A DNA stretch of 64,000 nt. Source: Gammaproteobacteria bacterium (lineage in GTDB: Bacteria; Pseudomonadota; Gammaproteobacteria; SZUA-152). Made by a program: the position numbers and the translations under genes. This document shows, one piece after another, positions 41,082-52,038 of this stretch. The notes under the pieces were generated by a model. The model had not been told where the DNA came from. It searched no databases and saw nothing but the letters and a program-made list of their open reading frames with translations. The first letter of the stretch is position 1. Every line of letters starts with the position of its first letter. The stretch spans positions 33,927 to 97,926 of the forward strand of contig JAKIUN010000005.1 of the NCBI GenBank assembly GCA_021647505.1, written 5' to 3'.

Positions 41082-42455
41082 ATGTCTATGCGCTCACAGC
41101 GATCATCGCACAGCCTGATCCGGGACGCGGGCGTGGTGAGGGCACTCGATCTGAGCCCCGCCACCGAGGTCGCCTGGATCGAAGTGGTGCAAAAGATGGA
41201 GTCCGTTTATGCCGACCTGGTGCAGAGCCAGGTACAGGTCGAGGAGAAAAATGCCGCTCTCGAAGAGGCGCAACAGTTTATTCGCAGCGTCTTGTTTTCC
41301 ATGACCGACGTCCTAGTCGTCTGCGACCTGGAGGGCAGGATACAGCAGGTCAACCGGGCCTTGGAAAGACTGTCGGGAAAACCGGCATCCGAGATTCTGG
41401 GTCAGCCCCTGATCTGTCTGTTTGCCGATGCGGCAGAAATCCTGTCCTGCTCGAACGCTCATCAGCGACCTGAGGGCGGTGCATTGATGGATCATGAACT
41501 CGGCCTGCTGTCTGCCCAAGGCGATGTGGTGCCCTTGGCGGTCAATTGCTCGCCACGTGTCGATGTCGACGGCCGACCTGCCGGCATGGTGCTGCTTGGG
41601 CGTCCCATGGGCGAACTGCAGCGTGCCTACCTGGAGTTGAGCCGTACCCACGAGAATCTCAAGCAGGCCCAGTTGCAGCTGGTTCAGTCGGAAAAGATGG
41701 CCTCCCTGGGCCGTCTGGTGGCGGGCGTGGCGCATGAGCTGAACAACCCCATCAGCTTTGTCTTCGGCAATATGCATGCCTTGCAAAATTATGGCTCGCG
41801 GATCAGTCGCTATCTGTCGGCGGTGGATGACGGTGTGAGCGGTGAGGCCCTCGCACAGTTGCGCGAGGAATTGCGCATTGATCACATCATGGGTGACATG
41901 GACTCTCTGATCGAGGGCACCCTGGAGGGCGCGGAGCGGGTGCGCGACATCGTGCAGGATCTGCTGCGCTATGCGACTCCTCAGCAGGAAGCCCTGTGCC
42001 GATTCGACCTCGTGGAGGTCATCAACACCGCCGTTGAATGGGTGACCAAGGCCAGCCGTGTCAAGCCGCAGATCGATTATGAGATGCCCACAACGCTCAT
42101 GCTGCGCGGGTGCAAAGGCCATGCGCAGCAGATTCTGATCAATCTGATCCAGAATGCCATGGACGTGATGGATGGCCAGAATGTCCCGCGCATGGTGATC
42201 AAGTGCCACCGCACGGAATCTTACGCCGTGGTCAGCATCCGCGATCACGGGCCGGGTATAGCCGAGTCAGTGATGACCACGCTGTTCGAGCCCTTTTACA
42301 CCACCAAGCCGGTTGGCAAGGGCACCGGTCTAGGCTTGTCCATTAGCTACGGTCTGGCGGTGGACATGGGCGGCGAGCTCACCGCCGACAATCACCCCGA
42401 AGGCGGCGCAGTGTTCACCCTGTTCCTCCCCCTGGAGGGCCGGGATGATGACTAA
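41082..42455 (+). CDS. hoxJ: H2-sensing signal-transduction histidine kinase HoxJ (PAS-HisKA-HATPase)
   Basis: PAS domain, H-box HELNNP, G-boxes. Lies directly upstream of the regulatory hydrogenase genes. Confidence 0.8.
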   Translation: MSMRSQRSSHSLIRDAGVVRALDLSPATEVAWIEVVQKMESVYADLVQSQVQVEEKNAALEEAQQFIRSVLFSMTDVLVVCDLEGRIQQVNRALERLSGKPASEILGQPLICLFADAAEILSCSNAHQRPEGGALMDHELGLLSAQGDVVPLAVNCSPRVDVDGRPAGMVLLGRPMGELQRAYLELSRTHENLKQAQLQLVQSEKMASLGRLVAGVAHELNNPISFVFGNMHALQNYGSRISRYLSAVDDGVSGEALAQLREELRIDHIMGDMDSLIEGTLEGAERVRDIVQDLLRYATPQQEALCRFDLVEVINTAVEWVTKASRVKPQIDYEMPTTLMLRGCKGHAQQILINLIQNAMDVMDGQNVPRMVIKCHRTESYAVVSIRDHGPGIAESVMTTLFEPFYTTKPVGKGTGLGLSISYGLAVDMGGELTADNHPEGGAVFTLFLPLEGRDDD

Positions 42456-43464
42456 ACCCGCCAGCGCGAAGGTGAACCTCCTTTGGCTGCAATCCGGCGG
42501 CTGTGGTGGCTGCAGTCAGTCGTTGCTGTGCGCCGAGGCCCCGGATCTGATCATGGCCCTGGAGACTGCGGGTATTCATCTGCTCTGGCACCCCTCCCTG
42601 AGCGAGACGTCGGGCGCCGATTTTCGGGGTTTGCTGGGCCAGATAAAGGTGGGGAATATCCGGCTCGACATCCTTTGCCTCGAAGGATCGGTGATCCGCG
42701 GCCCCGATGGCAGTGGGCGCTTTCACATGATGGCCGGATCCGATCGATCCATGATGGCATGGATCGAGGATCTCGCCCGCCAGGCTCGCTATACGGTCGC
42801 CGTGGGTAGCTGCGCCGCCTATGGCGGGATCACCGCCGCCGGCAGCAATCCCAGCGATGCCATCGGCTTGCAATTCCAAGGCGATAGGCCAGGCGGATTG
42901 CTGGGCGCTGGCTTCAAGGGCGAGGGCGGTCTGCCGGTAATCAATATTGCAGGCTGTCCCACCCATCCCGGCTGGGTGACGGAGACGCTGATGCAGATTA
43001 CCGCCGGAGAGATGAACGGAGGGGGCGTGGATCACTTGGGCAGGCCGCGCAGCTATGCCAACCACCTAGTGCATCACGGCTGTCCGCGCAATGAATACTA
43101 CGAATACAAGGCCAGTGCCGAGAAGCCCTCGGATCTGGGTTGCCTGATGGAGAACCTCGGTTGTCTGGGCACCCAGGCCCACGGTGATTGCAACACCCGG
43201 CTCTGGAATGGCGAGGGTTCCTGTCTGCGCGGCGGCTATGCCTGCATCAACTGTACCGCCCCGGGTTTTGAGGAACCCGGCCATCCCTTTCAGGAGACAC
43301 CCAAGATCGCCGGTATCCCCATCGGTCTGCCCGTCGACATGCCCAAGGCCTGGTTCGTGGCCCTGGCCTCGTTGTCAAAGGCCGCCACGCCTCGGCGATT
43401 GAAGGAGAACGCCGTTTCAGACCATCTCCAACGCATGCCCGACGAGGAAGGAGAACGCCCATGA
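42445..43464 (+). CDS. hoxB: regulatory (H2-sensing) [NiFe] hydrogenase small subunit HoxB (no Tat signal)
   Basis: Small-subunit Cys pattern (GGCGGC) with no twin-arginine leader. Overlaps the hoxJ stop. Confidence 0.85.
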   Translation: MMTKPASAKVNLLWLQSGGCGGCSQSLLCAEAPDLIMALETAGIHLLWHPSLSETSGADFRGLLGQIKVGNIRLDILCLEGSVIRGPDGSGRFHMMAGSDRSMMAWIEDLARQARYTVAVGSCAAYGGITAAGSNPSDAIGLQFQGDRPGGLLGAGFKGEGGLPVINIAGCPTHPGWVTETLMQITAGEMNGGGVDHLGRPRSYANHLVHHGCPRNEYYEYKASAEKPSDLGCLMENLGCLGTQAHGDCNTRLWNGEGSCLRGGYACINCTAPGFEEPGHPFQETPKIAGIPIGLPVDMPKAWFVALASLSKAATPRRLKENAVSDHLQRMPDEEGERP

Positions 43465-44912
43465 GCCGTCGCATCGTGGGCCCCTTCAACCGGGTGGAAG
43501 GCGATGTTGAGGTGCAGCTCGATATCGTTGATGGCATGGTGCATGAGGCCTGGGTGGTCTCCTTGCTGTACCGGGGTTTTGAGCAGATTCTGCAGGGAAA
43601 GCCACCCCAGGATGCCCTGGTCTATACACCACGCATTTGCGGCATTTGCTCGGTCTCCCAATCTGTCGCGGCGGCGGCGGCACTGGCCGACTGCCAGGGG
43701 GTTCGCATGCCGCCCAATGGTGAACTGGCCACCAGCTTGATCCTGGCCAATGAGAACGTTGCCGATCACCTTACCCATTTCTATCTCTTTTTCATGCCCG
43801 ACTTCGCGTGTGAAACCTATGCGACGGATAGCTGGTATCTCCCCATCGCCGAACGCTTCCGCGCCCTGACGGGCAGCGCTATCCAGCAGGTATTGCCGGC
43901 GCGGGCGCAGTTCATGCATCTGATGGGACTGCTGGCAGGCAAATGGCCGCACAGCCTGGCGCTGCAGCCCGGCGGCACGACCCGTTCGGTAGAAATGCAG
44001 GAGCGGCTGCGTATTGCCTGCACGCTGTATAGCTTTCGCCAGTTCCTGGAATCGACGTTGTTTGGCGACCGGCTGGAAAATATTGTGGTGCTCGATTCGT
44101 TGACAGCGTTGCAGGCCTGGGCTGATCGTCACCCCTGGCAGCACAGCGACTTCCGCCGTTTTCTGCATGTAGCGGATGCCTTGAAGCTCGACGAATTGGG
44201 CCGGGGCAGCGATATTTTCATGAGCAACGGCGCCTATGGCATCGATGGCAGGCCGTTGTTCGCGCGCGGCCTGTGGCGCGAGGGCGAACCGGCGGTGCTG
44301 GATCCCGGTACGATCCGCGAAGATCTGAGCCACAGTCGCATGGCGCGCGGGCCGGAGGCCCTGCACCCCTACGAGGGCGTGACCCGGCCCGATGCTGATG
44401 CTCCCGCTGGCTACAGCTGGGGAAAGGCACCGCGTCTCGATGGCCTGGTGGTGGAGGTGGGGGCGCTGGCGCGGCAGGTGGTGGCGGGGCATCCGCTGGC
44501 GCTGGATCTGGTGCGCCACAGTGGTGGCAATGTGCGCAACCGCGTCATTGGCCGGCTGCTGGAGATCGCCCGGGTGGTGATGGCCATGGAGTCATGGGCC
44601 AACGGCCTGCAGGCGGGCGAGCCTTACTGCCATTCTGCTGAGATGCCGGACGAGGCGAGCGGCTGTGGCCTGGTGGAAGCGGCGCGCGGCAGCCTCGGTC
44701 ATTGGCTGCGGATCGAGAAAGGCCGTATCCGTAATTACCAGATCATTGCACCGACCACCTGGAATTTTTCGCCCCGCGACGCCCAGGGCGTGCCGGGTGC
44801 CCTGGAGCAGGCACTGGTCGGCGCGCCCGTGCGAGCCGGCGAAAAGGATCCTGTGGCCGTGCAGCATATCGTACGTTCCTTCGATCCCTGCATGGTGTGT
44901 ACGGTGCATTGA
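43461..44912 (+). CDS. hoxC: regulatory [NiFe] hydrogenase large subunit HoxC
   Basis: RICGICSVSQ and C-terminal DPCMVCTVH, ending exactly at the His (no protease-cleaved extension), as in sensor hydrogenases. Confidence 0.85.
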   Translation: MSRRIVGPFNRVEGDVEVQLDIVDGMVHEAWVVSLLYRGFEQILQGKPPQDALVYTPRICGICSVSQSVAAAAALADCQGVRMPPNGELATSLILANENVADHLTHFYLFFMPDFACETYATDSWYLPIAERFRALTGSAIQQVLPARAQFMHLMGLLAGKWPHSLALQPGGTTRSVEMQERLRIACTLYSFRQFLESTLFGDRLENIVVLDSLTALQAWADRHPWQHSDFRRFLHVADALKLDELGRGSDIFMSNGAYGIDGRPLFARGLWREGEPAVLDPGTIREDLSHSRMARGPEALHPYEGVTRPDADAPAGYSWGKAPRLDGLVVEVGALARQVVAGHPLALDLVRHSGGNVRNRVIGRLLEIARVVMAMESWANGLQAGEPYCHSAEMPDEASGCGLVEAARGSLGHWLRIEKGRIRNYQIIAPTTWNFSPRDAQGVPGALEQALVGAPVRAGEKDPVAVQHIVRSFDPCMVCTVH

Positions 44913-47266
44913 TGCGCGGCGAGGCGATCCGCGTCAGCGGGGTGGTGCAGGGCGTGGGTTTTCGCCCCTTCGTTTGGCGCTTGGCGCGCCAATACGGCGT
45001 GGCCGGCGATGTATGCAATGACGCCGCCGGGGTGCTCGTCCACGCCTGGGCCGATGCCGACACCCTGTGTGATTTCCGCCAGCGCCTGCGCTCGGAGGCG
45101 CCACCCCTGGCCCGCGTCGAGGCAGTGGCGTGTACCGCGTTGGATGAGGCTGCGCCGGCGGGCCCCGGGTTCCACATTGTCGACAGTGGCCAGGGCCAGG
45201 TACGCACCGGCGTGGCTGCCGACGCGGCGACCTGTTCCGATTGTCTGGGCGAGGTGCGAGATCCCGCCAATCGCCGCTACCGTTACCCCTTCACCAACTG
45301 TACCCATTGCGGCCCACGTCTGTCCATCGTCCGTGCCATCCCCTACGACCGGGTCAATACCAGTATGGCGGCGTTCACCCTTTGTCTGCGCTGTCAGGCC
45401 GAATATGACGATCCGGCCGACCGGCGCTTCCACGCCCAGCCCAACGCCTGCCCCGCCTGCGGCCCGCAGCTCTGGCTGGAGGACGACAACGGCCAGTCGC
45501 GGCCTCTGGGCGAGGGCGAGGATGCTTTGGTTGCCGCAGCGCGCCTGATTCGCGCAGGGTGGATCGTCGCCATCAAGGGGCTGGGCGGCTTCCATCTGGC
45601 CTGTGATGCCGGCAATGCCGTGGTTGTTGGTCGCCTGCGCCAACGCAAGCACCGTGATCACAAGGCTCTGGCATTGATGGCGCGCGATCTTGAGATGGTG
45701 GCTCGCTATGCCGAGCTGGATGAGCAAGAGGTTGATTTGTTGCGTAGCGTCGCCGCGCCCATCGTGGTGTTGAAGAAGGCCGGCGAAGCCCTTCCCGACA
45801 ACATCGCCCCAAGCCAGGACAGCCTGGGTTTCATGCTGCCCTATACGCCCTTGCATCAGCTTTTGATGCAGGCGCTGGAGCGTCCGCTGGTGATGACCTC
45901 CGGCAACCGCAGCGACGAGCCGCAGGTCATCGACAACGAGGAGGCCCGCCGGTGCCTCAATGGGATTGCCGACTATTTCCTATTACACGACCGCGACATC
46001 GTCAACCGCCTGGACGACTCGGTGTTGCGCCTGGCCGACGGCCGGCCACGCCTGCTGCGCCGTGCGCGCGGTTATGCGCCACAGACGATGGCCCTGCCCG
46101 AGGGCCTGCCCCCCACCGACGGGCTGTTGGCGATGGGCGCCGACATGAAAAATACCTTCTGCCTGTTGACGCAAGGACGGGCAATCCTCTCCCCGCACAT
46201 CGGCGACCTGCAGGATGCCGTCACCCAGGCGGACTACCGGGAAAAGCTGCGTCTCTACCGGCGTCTATTTGATGTCTCGCCGGCCATGATCGTGGTGGAC
46301 AAACACCCCGACTATCTATCGACCCGGCTCGGCCGTGCCCTGGCCGAGGACGCCGCGGTGCCGCTGGTCGAGGTACAGCATCATCACGCCCACATTGCCG
46401 CCTGCCTGGCGGACAACGGCTGGCCACAGACGGCGGGCCCGGTGCTGGGCGTGGCGCTGGACGGTCTCGGCTATGGGGAAGACGGCGGCCTGTGGGGCGG
46501 TGAATTCCTGCTCGCCGATTACCGGCACAGTGAGCGTCTGGCGCGCTTCCAGCCTGTGCCCATGCCCGGCGGCGCGAAGGCCTCGCGCGAGGCCTGGCGT
46601 AACGCCTACGCGCACCTGTGCACCGCCTTCGGCTGGTCGGCGGTACGCGAGGAATACGGCGATCTGGCGCTGGTTCGCCATCTGGACGAAAAGCCGCTCG
46701 CCACCCTCGATACCATGATGGCGCGGGGCATCAACAGCCCCCTGACCTCCTCCTGCGGCCGCCTGTTCGATGCCGTCGCTGCGGCGTTGGGCATCTGCCG
46801 TGACGTGATGACGCATGAAGGGCAGGCGGCCATGGCGCTGGAGGCGCTGGCCGCACCGGCATTCCAGCAACAGGTCAGCCAAGCCTATGGCTTCGAGTTC
46901 ATCGCGGGGGAGGTCGGCCTATTGGGCTGGAGGCCCCTGTGGCGGGCCTTGTTGACGGATCTTCGCGCCGGCGTACGGCCCGAGCTGATTGCCGCCCGCT
47001 TTCATCAGGGACTGGCGTGGGCGGTGGCGGAGACTGCGCAGCGTTTGTGTGCGCAGCGGCAACTGGGTTGTGTCGCACTCGGCGGCGGAGTGTTTCAGAA
47101 CCGCCTGTTGCTGGAGGGGGTCAGCGAACGCCTGCGGGCGGTGGGCCTGCGGGTGCTTTCTCCCGCGCAGGCGTCCGCCGGCGATGGCGGGTTGGCACTG
47201 GGGCAGGCAGTCATTGGCGCCACGGTTTTCGGGGAATCCGCCCCGACCGTGAGTGGTCAATGTTGA
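44912..47266 (+). CDS. hypF: carbamoyltransferase HypF
   Basis: Acylphosphatase domain (VQGVGFRPFV), two Zn-finger CxxC pairs, YrdC and Kae1-like domains. The ATG at 44912 overlaps the hoxC stop. The track ORF starts at GTG 44897. Confidence 0.85.
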   Translation: MRGEAIRVSGVVQGVGFRPFVWRLARQYGVAGDVCNDAAGVLVHAWADADTLCDFRQRLRSEAPPLARVEAVACTALDEAAPAGPGFHIVDSGQGQVRTGVAADAATCSDCLGEVRDPANRRYRYPFTNCTHCGPRLSIVRAIPYDRVNTSMAAFTLCLRCQAEYDDPADRRFHAQPNACPACGPQLWLEDDNGQSRPLGEGEDALVAAARLIRAGWIVAIKGLGGFHLACDAGNAVVVGRLRQRKHRDHKALALMARDLEMVARYAELDEQEVDLLRSVAAPIVVLKKAGEALPDNIAPSQDSLGFMLPYTPLHQLLMQALERPLVMTSGNRSDEPQVIDNEEARRCLNGIADYFLLHDRDIVNRLDDSVLRLADGRPRLLRRARGYAPQTMALPEGLPPTDGLLAMGADMKNTFCLLTQGRAILSPHIGDLQDAVTQADYREKLRLYRRLFDVSPAMIVVDKHPDYLSTRLGRALAEDAAVPLVEVQHHHAHIAACLADNGWPQTAGPVLGVALDGLGYGEDGGLWGGEFLLADYRHSERLARFQPVPMPGGAKASREAWRNAYAHLCTAFGWSAVREEYGDLALVRHLDEKPLATLDTMMARGINSPLTSSCGRLFDAVAAALGICRDVMTHEGQAAMALEALAAPAFQQQVSQAYGFEFIAGEVGLLGWRPLWRALLTDLRAGVRPELIAARFHQGLAWAVAETAQRLCAQRQLGCVALGGGVFQNRLLLEGVSERLRAVGLRVLSPAQASAGDGGLALGQAVIGATVFGESAPTVSGQC

Positions 47267-47676
47267 GCGGCGCACGCCGATCTTCTCGCTTGATCTCCGA
47301 TCGCTAATGACCGTCGGTGTTTCGGGTGTGGTACATTTGGATCCGTTAATCTCGTGGTAGAAGGGACGGGCGACGATCATTGCCCGCAAGCTGCGTCTCG
47401 CCTAGAGCAGCGCCTACTGTTGGAGGTGCTACGAAACACCACAGGTTCGCTGTATGCGGCAATGTCACATTGAAAGAGCACTAGGAGTCTGTCGGATTTT
47501 GGAATAGTTTACTGCGCTGATGGGAGGGCGGACAAAATATTGCCGGTTTTTCATTAAATAATCCCACTGTTCTCCTGAAAGCCGGGAGAATTTTGGCTTT
47601 CCCTCCTACCGTGCTCGCTATGATTACCCAAACCCGACAGACTCCTTGAACCCACGAACTACCGACAAGGAATGTC

Positions 47677-49191
<1,515 letters not shown>

Positions 49192-49374
49192 CGTGTAGGT
49201 GGGGTGAATGTTTTTTTATGAACCCCAACATGCCAGAGCGACAGACCACTTCCAAAGTCGTGTTCAAGACAGCGAGCCGATTGCCGCTCATGAGTTTTGC
49301 AAGAGGCTCAGCACAAACAAATTAATTTCAATCTGCAATGGACGCTCATTGTCGCCTCTGCGACGCCGATGCCA

Positions 49375-49475
49375 GCCCTGTTAGCTGGAGCACGCCATCG
49401 AACGTCCCGGCCTCTCCAGCCGTGCCTATTACCGTATCCTCAACGTGGCCGGCGCGGCGGAGATTTACACCGCCG
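49375..49475 (+). pseudogene. diverged, internally deleted copy of the comM 3' end
   Basis: Alignable by eye to 49015-49150 (ERLGLSTRAYHRILKVA...EIHTAH) at roughly 80% identity, with a ~33-bp gap. Confidence 0.55.
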
Positions 49476-49536
49476 ATCCATCGAATGTGATACATTCGGG
49501 GCCATTTCCCGACTCTTTTTCACAGGTTTCATTGAC

Positions 49537-49983
49537 ATGAAATATCCCATTTATCCCTTGCTCTTTGTCGGCTTATTGCTGCTTTTTCTCAGCGCTTGCG
49601 ACGAAAAAGGCAAGCCCAACGCCGCGAGTAATCCGGCGGTGGGAGAGAAGGCCTCTGCCATCTTCAGGGCTTTGCAGGCAGAGGACTACGACGCCGCGCT
49701 GGCCCAGTACGACGAAGGCTTTTTCAAGACACAGTCGCCGCAGGTTTGGCGCGACAAACTGGAAGCCCTGCAGGCCGAACGCGGTTCGCCGCGTGAGTGG
49801 CACCTGCGCCGTAGCCAGACCGATACGCGCGTCTCCGGTATATTCTTCCTCCACGAATACACGACGGTACATGACGGTTATAAGCGCCTGCACCACCTGA
49901 TGACCTTCCTGTGGCCCGTCAACGAAAAAGAAATCCGTCTGCTGGGACACAAAATAACACCGTGGCAGGTGGGTGAGGAATAA
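49537..49983 (+). CDS. hypothetical lipoprotein (148 aa)
   Basis: MKYPIYPLLFVGLLLLFLSAC lipobox. The track ORF begins upstream at 49297 in the region carrying the comM remnant. Confidence 0.55.
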   Translation: MKYPIYPLLFVGLLLLFLSACDEKGKPNAASNPAVGEKASAIFRALQAEDYDAALAQYDEGFFKTQSPQVWRDKLEALQAERGSPREWHLRRSQTDTRVSGIFFLHEYTTVHDGYKRLHHLMTFLWPVNEKEIRLLGHKITPWQVGEE

Positions 49984-50017
49984 GCGTGGTGGAATTGATT
50001 GCACTCTTTTTAAGAAT

Positions 50018-50037
50018 TCCTGAATCTGTGGCTTCAG
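50018..50037. promoter_or_regulatory. dyad operator candidate CCTGAA-N8-TTCAGG (copy 1), 110 bp upstream of the GNAT gene
   Basis: 20/21 identical to an inverted copy at 56217-56236. Confidence 0.4.
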
Positions 50038-50148
50038 GGTGCAAGATATTATTGCCGGGTTAATCGATGTTACAGAGGAATCAAAAGCTTGTGTTATGCG
50101 CCATCATGAAGTCACCGATTCAGGAATAGTCAGCTATTAAGGGATAAG

Positions 50149-50595
50149 ATGGAAATTGGATTCACGGGCATGACGGAGGATGATTTAGTCGCGTGTGCAG
50201 AGCTATTTTCGGCGACATTCAAAGAATCACCTTGGAACGAAGAATGGGCGACAGACGATGCCTTTGAACGACTTGCCTGTTTTTTGGCTTGCCCCAGTTC
50301 CATTGCGATAAAGGCAGTAAGCAACGAGTGTATCCAGGGTTTTCTTATTGGGGAAGTTCAGCAATGGAATGAGGGAAAGGAATATTACTTAAAGGAAATG
50401 TGCGTTAGGGGAACCGTGCAAAGGCAAGGAATAGGAAAAGGTATGATGCGTGAACTTGGTAAAATACTAAAAGCGAATGGCGTGTCCAGCATTTACCTGA
50501 TCACTCATAGAAGTGGCATTCCATCAAGTTTCTACTCATCTTTGGGGTTTTCTGAGAACCAAGATGTCATGGTGATGGGTAAATCAATGGGATAG
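50149..50595 (+). CDS. GNAT family N-acetyltransferase
   Basis: Acetyl-CoA-binding motif VQRQGIGKGMMREL. Markedly AT-rich compared with its neighbours. Confidence 0.7.
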   Translation: MEIGFTGMTEDDLVACAELFSATFKESPWNEEWATDDAFERLACFLACPSSIAIKAVSNECIQGFLIGEVQQWNEGKEYYLKEMCVRGTVQRQGIGKGMMRELGKILKANGVSSIYLITHRSGIPSSFYSSLGFSENQDVMVMGKSMG

Positions 50596-50910
50596 TTATG
50601 ATGCAGCCAACGATGACATCAGGCGGACAGGCAAAGCCACCTGCCTTTTTGTGCTGTTGTCCTTTTTTGCTGAAGTTTCACACAGTTTAGGGGGGCAGGT
50701 AGAAGGGGGCATTTATTGGGGTTTTCTCCAGTTTGCGCAAACCTCGATTAGGAACGTGCACGTTCCTTAAACACATACACGGTAGCCTTAGAGTTATCCG
50801 CACTCCAAAAAAGCGTGAAACTTTGGCTTTTTCGTTCGGTCTACGTTTTCTCAGGTAATTTTTTCTCTTCCCACAATCTGTGGATACTTTAATAAACTGT
50901 GCGTGAAATA

Positions 50911-52035
50911 ATGCCTTATAACAAAGCACTCAAGTTATTTACTGTCTCTTACTGGGGAGCTTTTCCGCGATCCGGCTTGCGTCCATTTACGTATCGCTGG
51001 TTGCTGGCCTTGCTGTTGGCCAGTCTGACGCTGCCGGCACTGGCCGAAGATTATTTGGCGATGCCGGTGCGCGTGGCTGAGGCTGTGCGGGTAACGCTGG
51101 CGCCACAGCAATGGTTGGCGGCCACCGTAGTGAGTCGTCACGAGGCGGAAATTGCCGCCGAGGCGAACGGCCGCCTGTTGTCGGTTGCCGAGATCGGCAC
51201 ACGGGTGGCGTCGGGGGAGGTGCTGGCGCATATCGACGATACCTTCGCCAAATTAAAGGTCGACGAACTGACCGCTGCGGTAGCACGCGAGGAGGCCACG
51301 TTGCAATTTCTGCGTAGCGAGATGCGCCGCCTGACCCGCCTGGCCCGGCAGAACAACACGGCGCAGACCCAGCTCGATGATGTGGCGTCTCGTCAGTTGG
51401 TGGCCGTCAACGAACTGAGTATTGCTCACACCCGCTTGGCAGAAGCGAAGGAGCAACTGCGCCGCCACCAGTTGCGCGCCCCCTTCACCGCCGTGGTGGT
51501 CGAGCGGCGCAAACGCGGCGGTGAATGGGTCAGCACCGGTGACACGCTGCTGCGGCTGGTCGATACCTCGGCACTGGAGGTTCAGGCCTCTGCGCCCCTG
51601 TCGGCGCGGCGTTTCGTGCGCCCCGGCGATCATTTGTCTGTGAGTTCGGACGACGGCTCTGTCAGCGGCCGGGTGCGTGCGCTGGTGCCGGCGGCGGATG
51701 CCCGTTCGCACCGGCTCGATCTGCGCGTGACCCTGGTGGGCGATGACTTGATCGTGGGCCAGCCCCTGCGCGTGGCGATCCCGCGCGCGAGAGCACGCGA
51801 GGTGCTGGCAGTACCACGCGATGCCCTGTTGCTGCGCGGCCAGGGCGCGGCGGTATTCCGCATCAATGACGATAATCAGGCCGAGCGCGTGGCGGTGACG
51901 CTGGGCATAGCCAGTGGCGATATGATTGCCGTCAGCGGAGACCTGCAGCCCGGCGACCGGGTGGTGATCCGTGGTGGTGAACGGCTGCGTCCGGGGATGG
52001 CTGTGCAGATCCTCGCAGACAACGATGGGGAATAG
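50911..52035 (+). CDS. efflux RND transporter periplasmic adaptor subunit (membrane fusion protein, HlyD family)
   Basis: Signal/TM then coiled-coil and beta-barrel MFP domains. The start is uncertain: GTG 50899, ATG 50911, or TTG 50974 giving the RPFTYRWLLALLLASLTLPALA signal. Confidence 0.8.
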   Translation: MPYNKALKLFTVSYWGAFPRSGLRPFTYRWLLALLLASLTLPALAEDYLAMPVRVAEAVRVTLAPQQWLAATVVSRHEAEIAAEANGRLLSVAEIGTRVASGEVLAHIDDTFAKLKVDELTAAVAREEATLQFLRSEMRRLTRLARQNNTAQTQLDDVASRQLVAVNELSIAHTRLAEAKEQLRRHQLRAPFTAVVVERRKRGGEWVSTGDTLLRLVDTSALEVQASAPLSARRFVRPGDHLSVSSDDGSVSGRVRALVPAADARSHRLDLRVTLVGDDLIVGQPLRVAIPRARAREVLAVPRDALLLRGQGAAVFRINDDNQAERVAVTLGIASGDMIAVSGDLQPGDRVVIRGGERLRPGMAVQILADNDGE

Positions 52036-52038
52036 GCC

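Noticed and set aside
44735-45856. 373-aa minus-strand ORF
   Set aside because: It is antisense to hypF.
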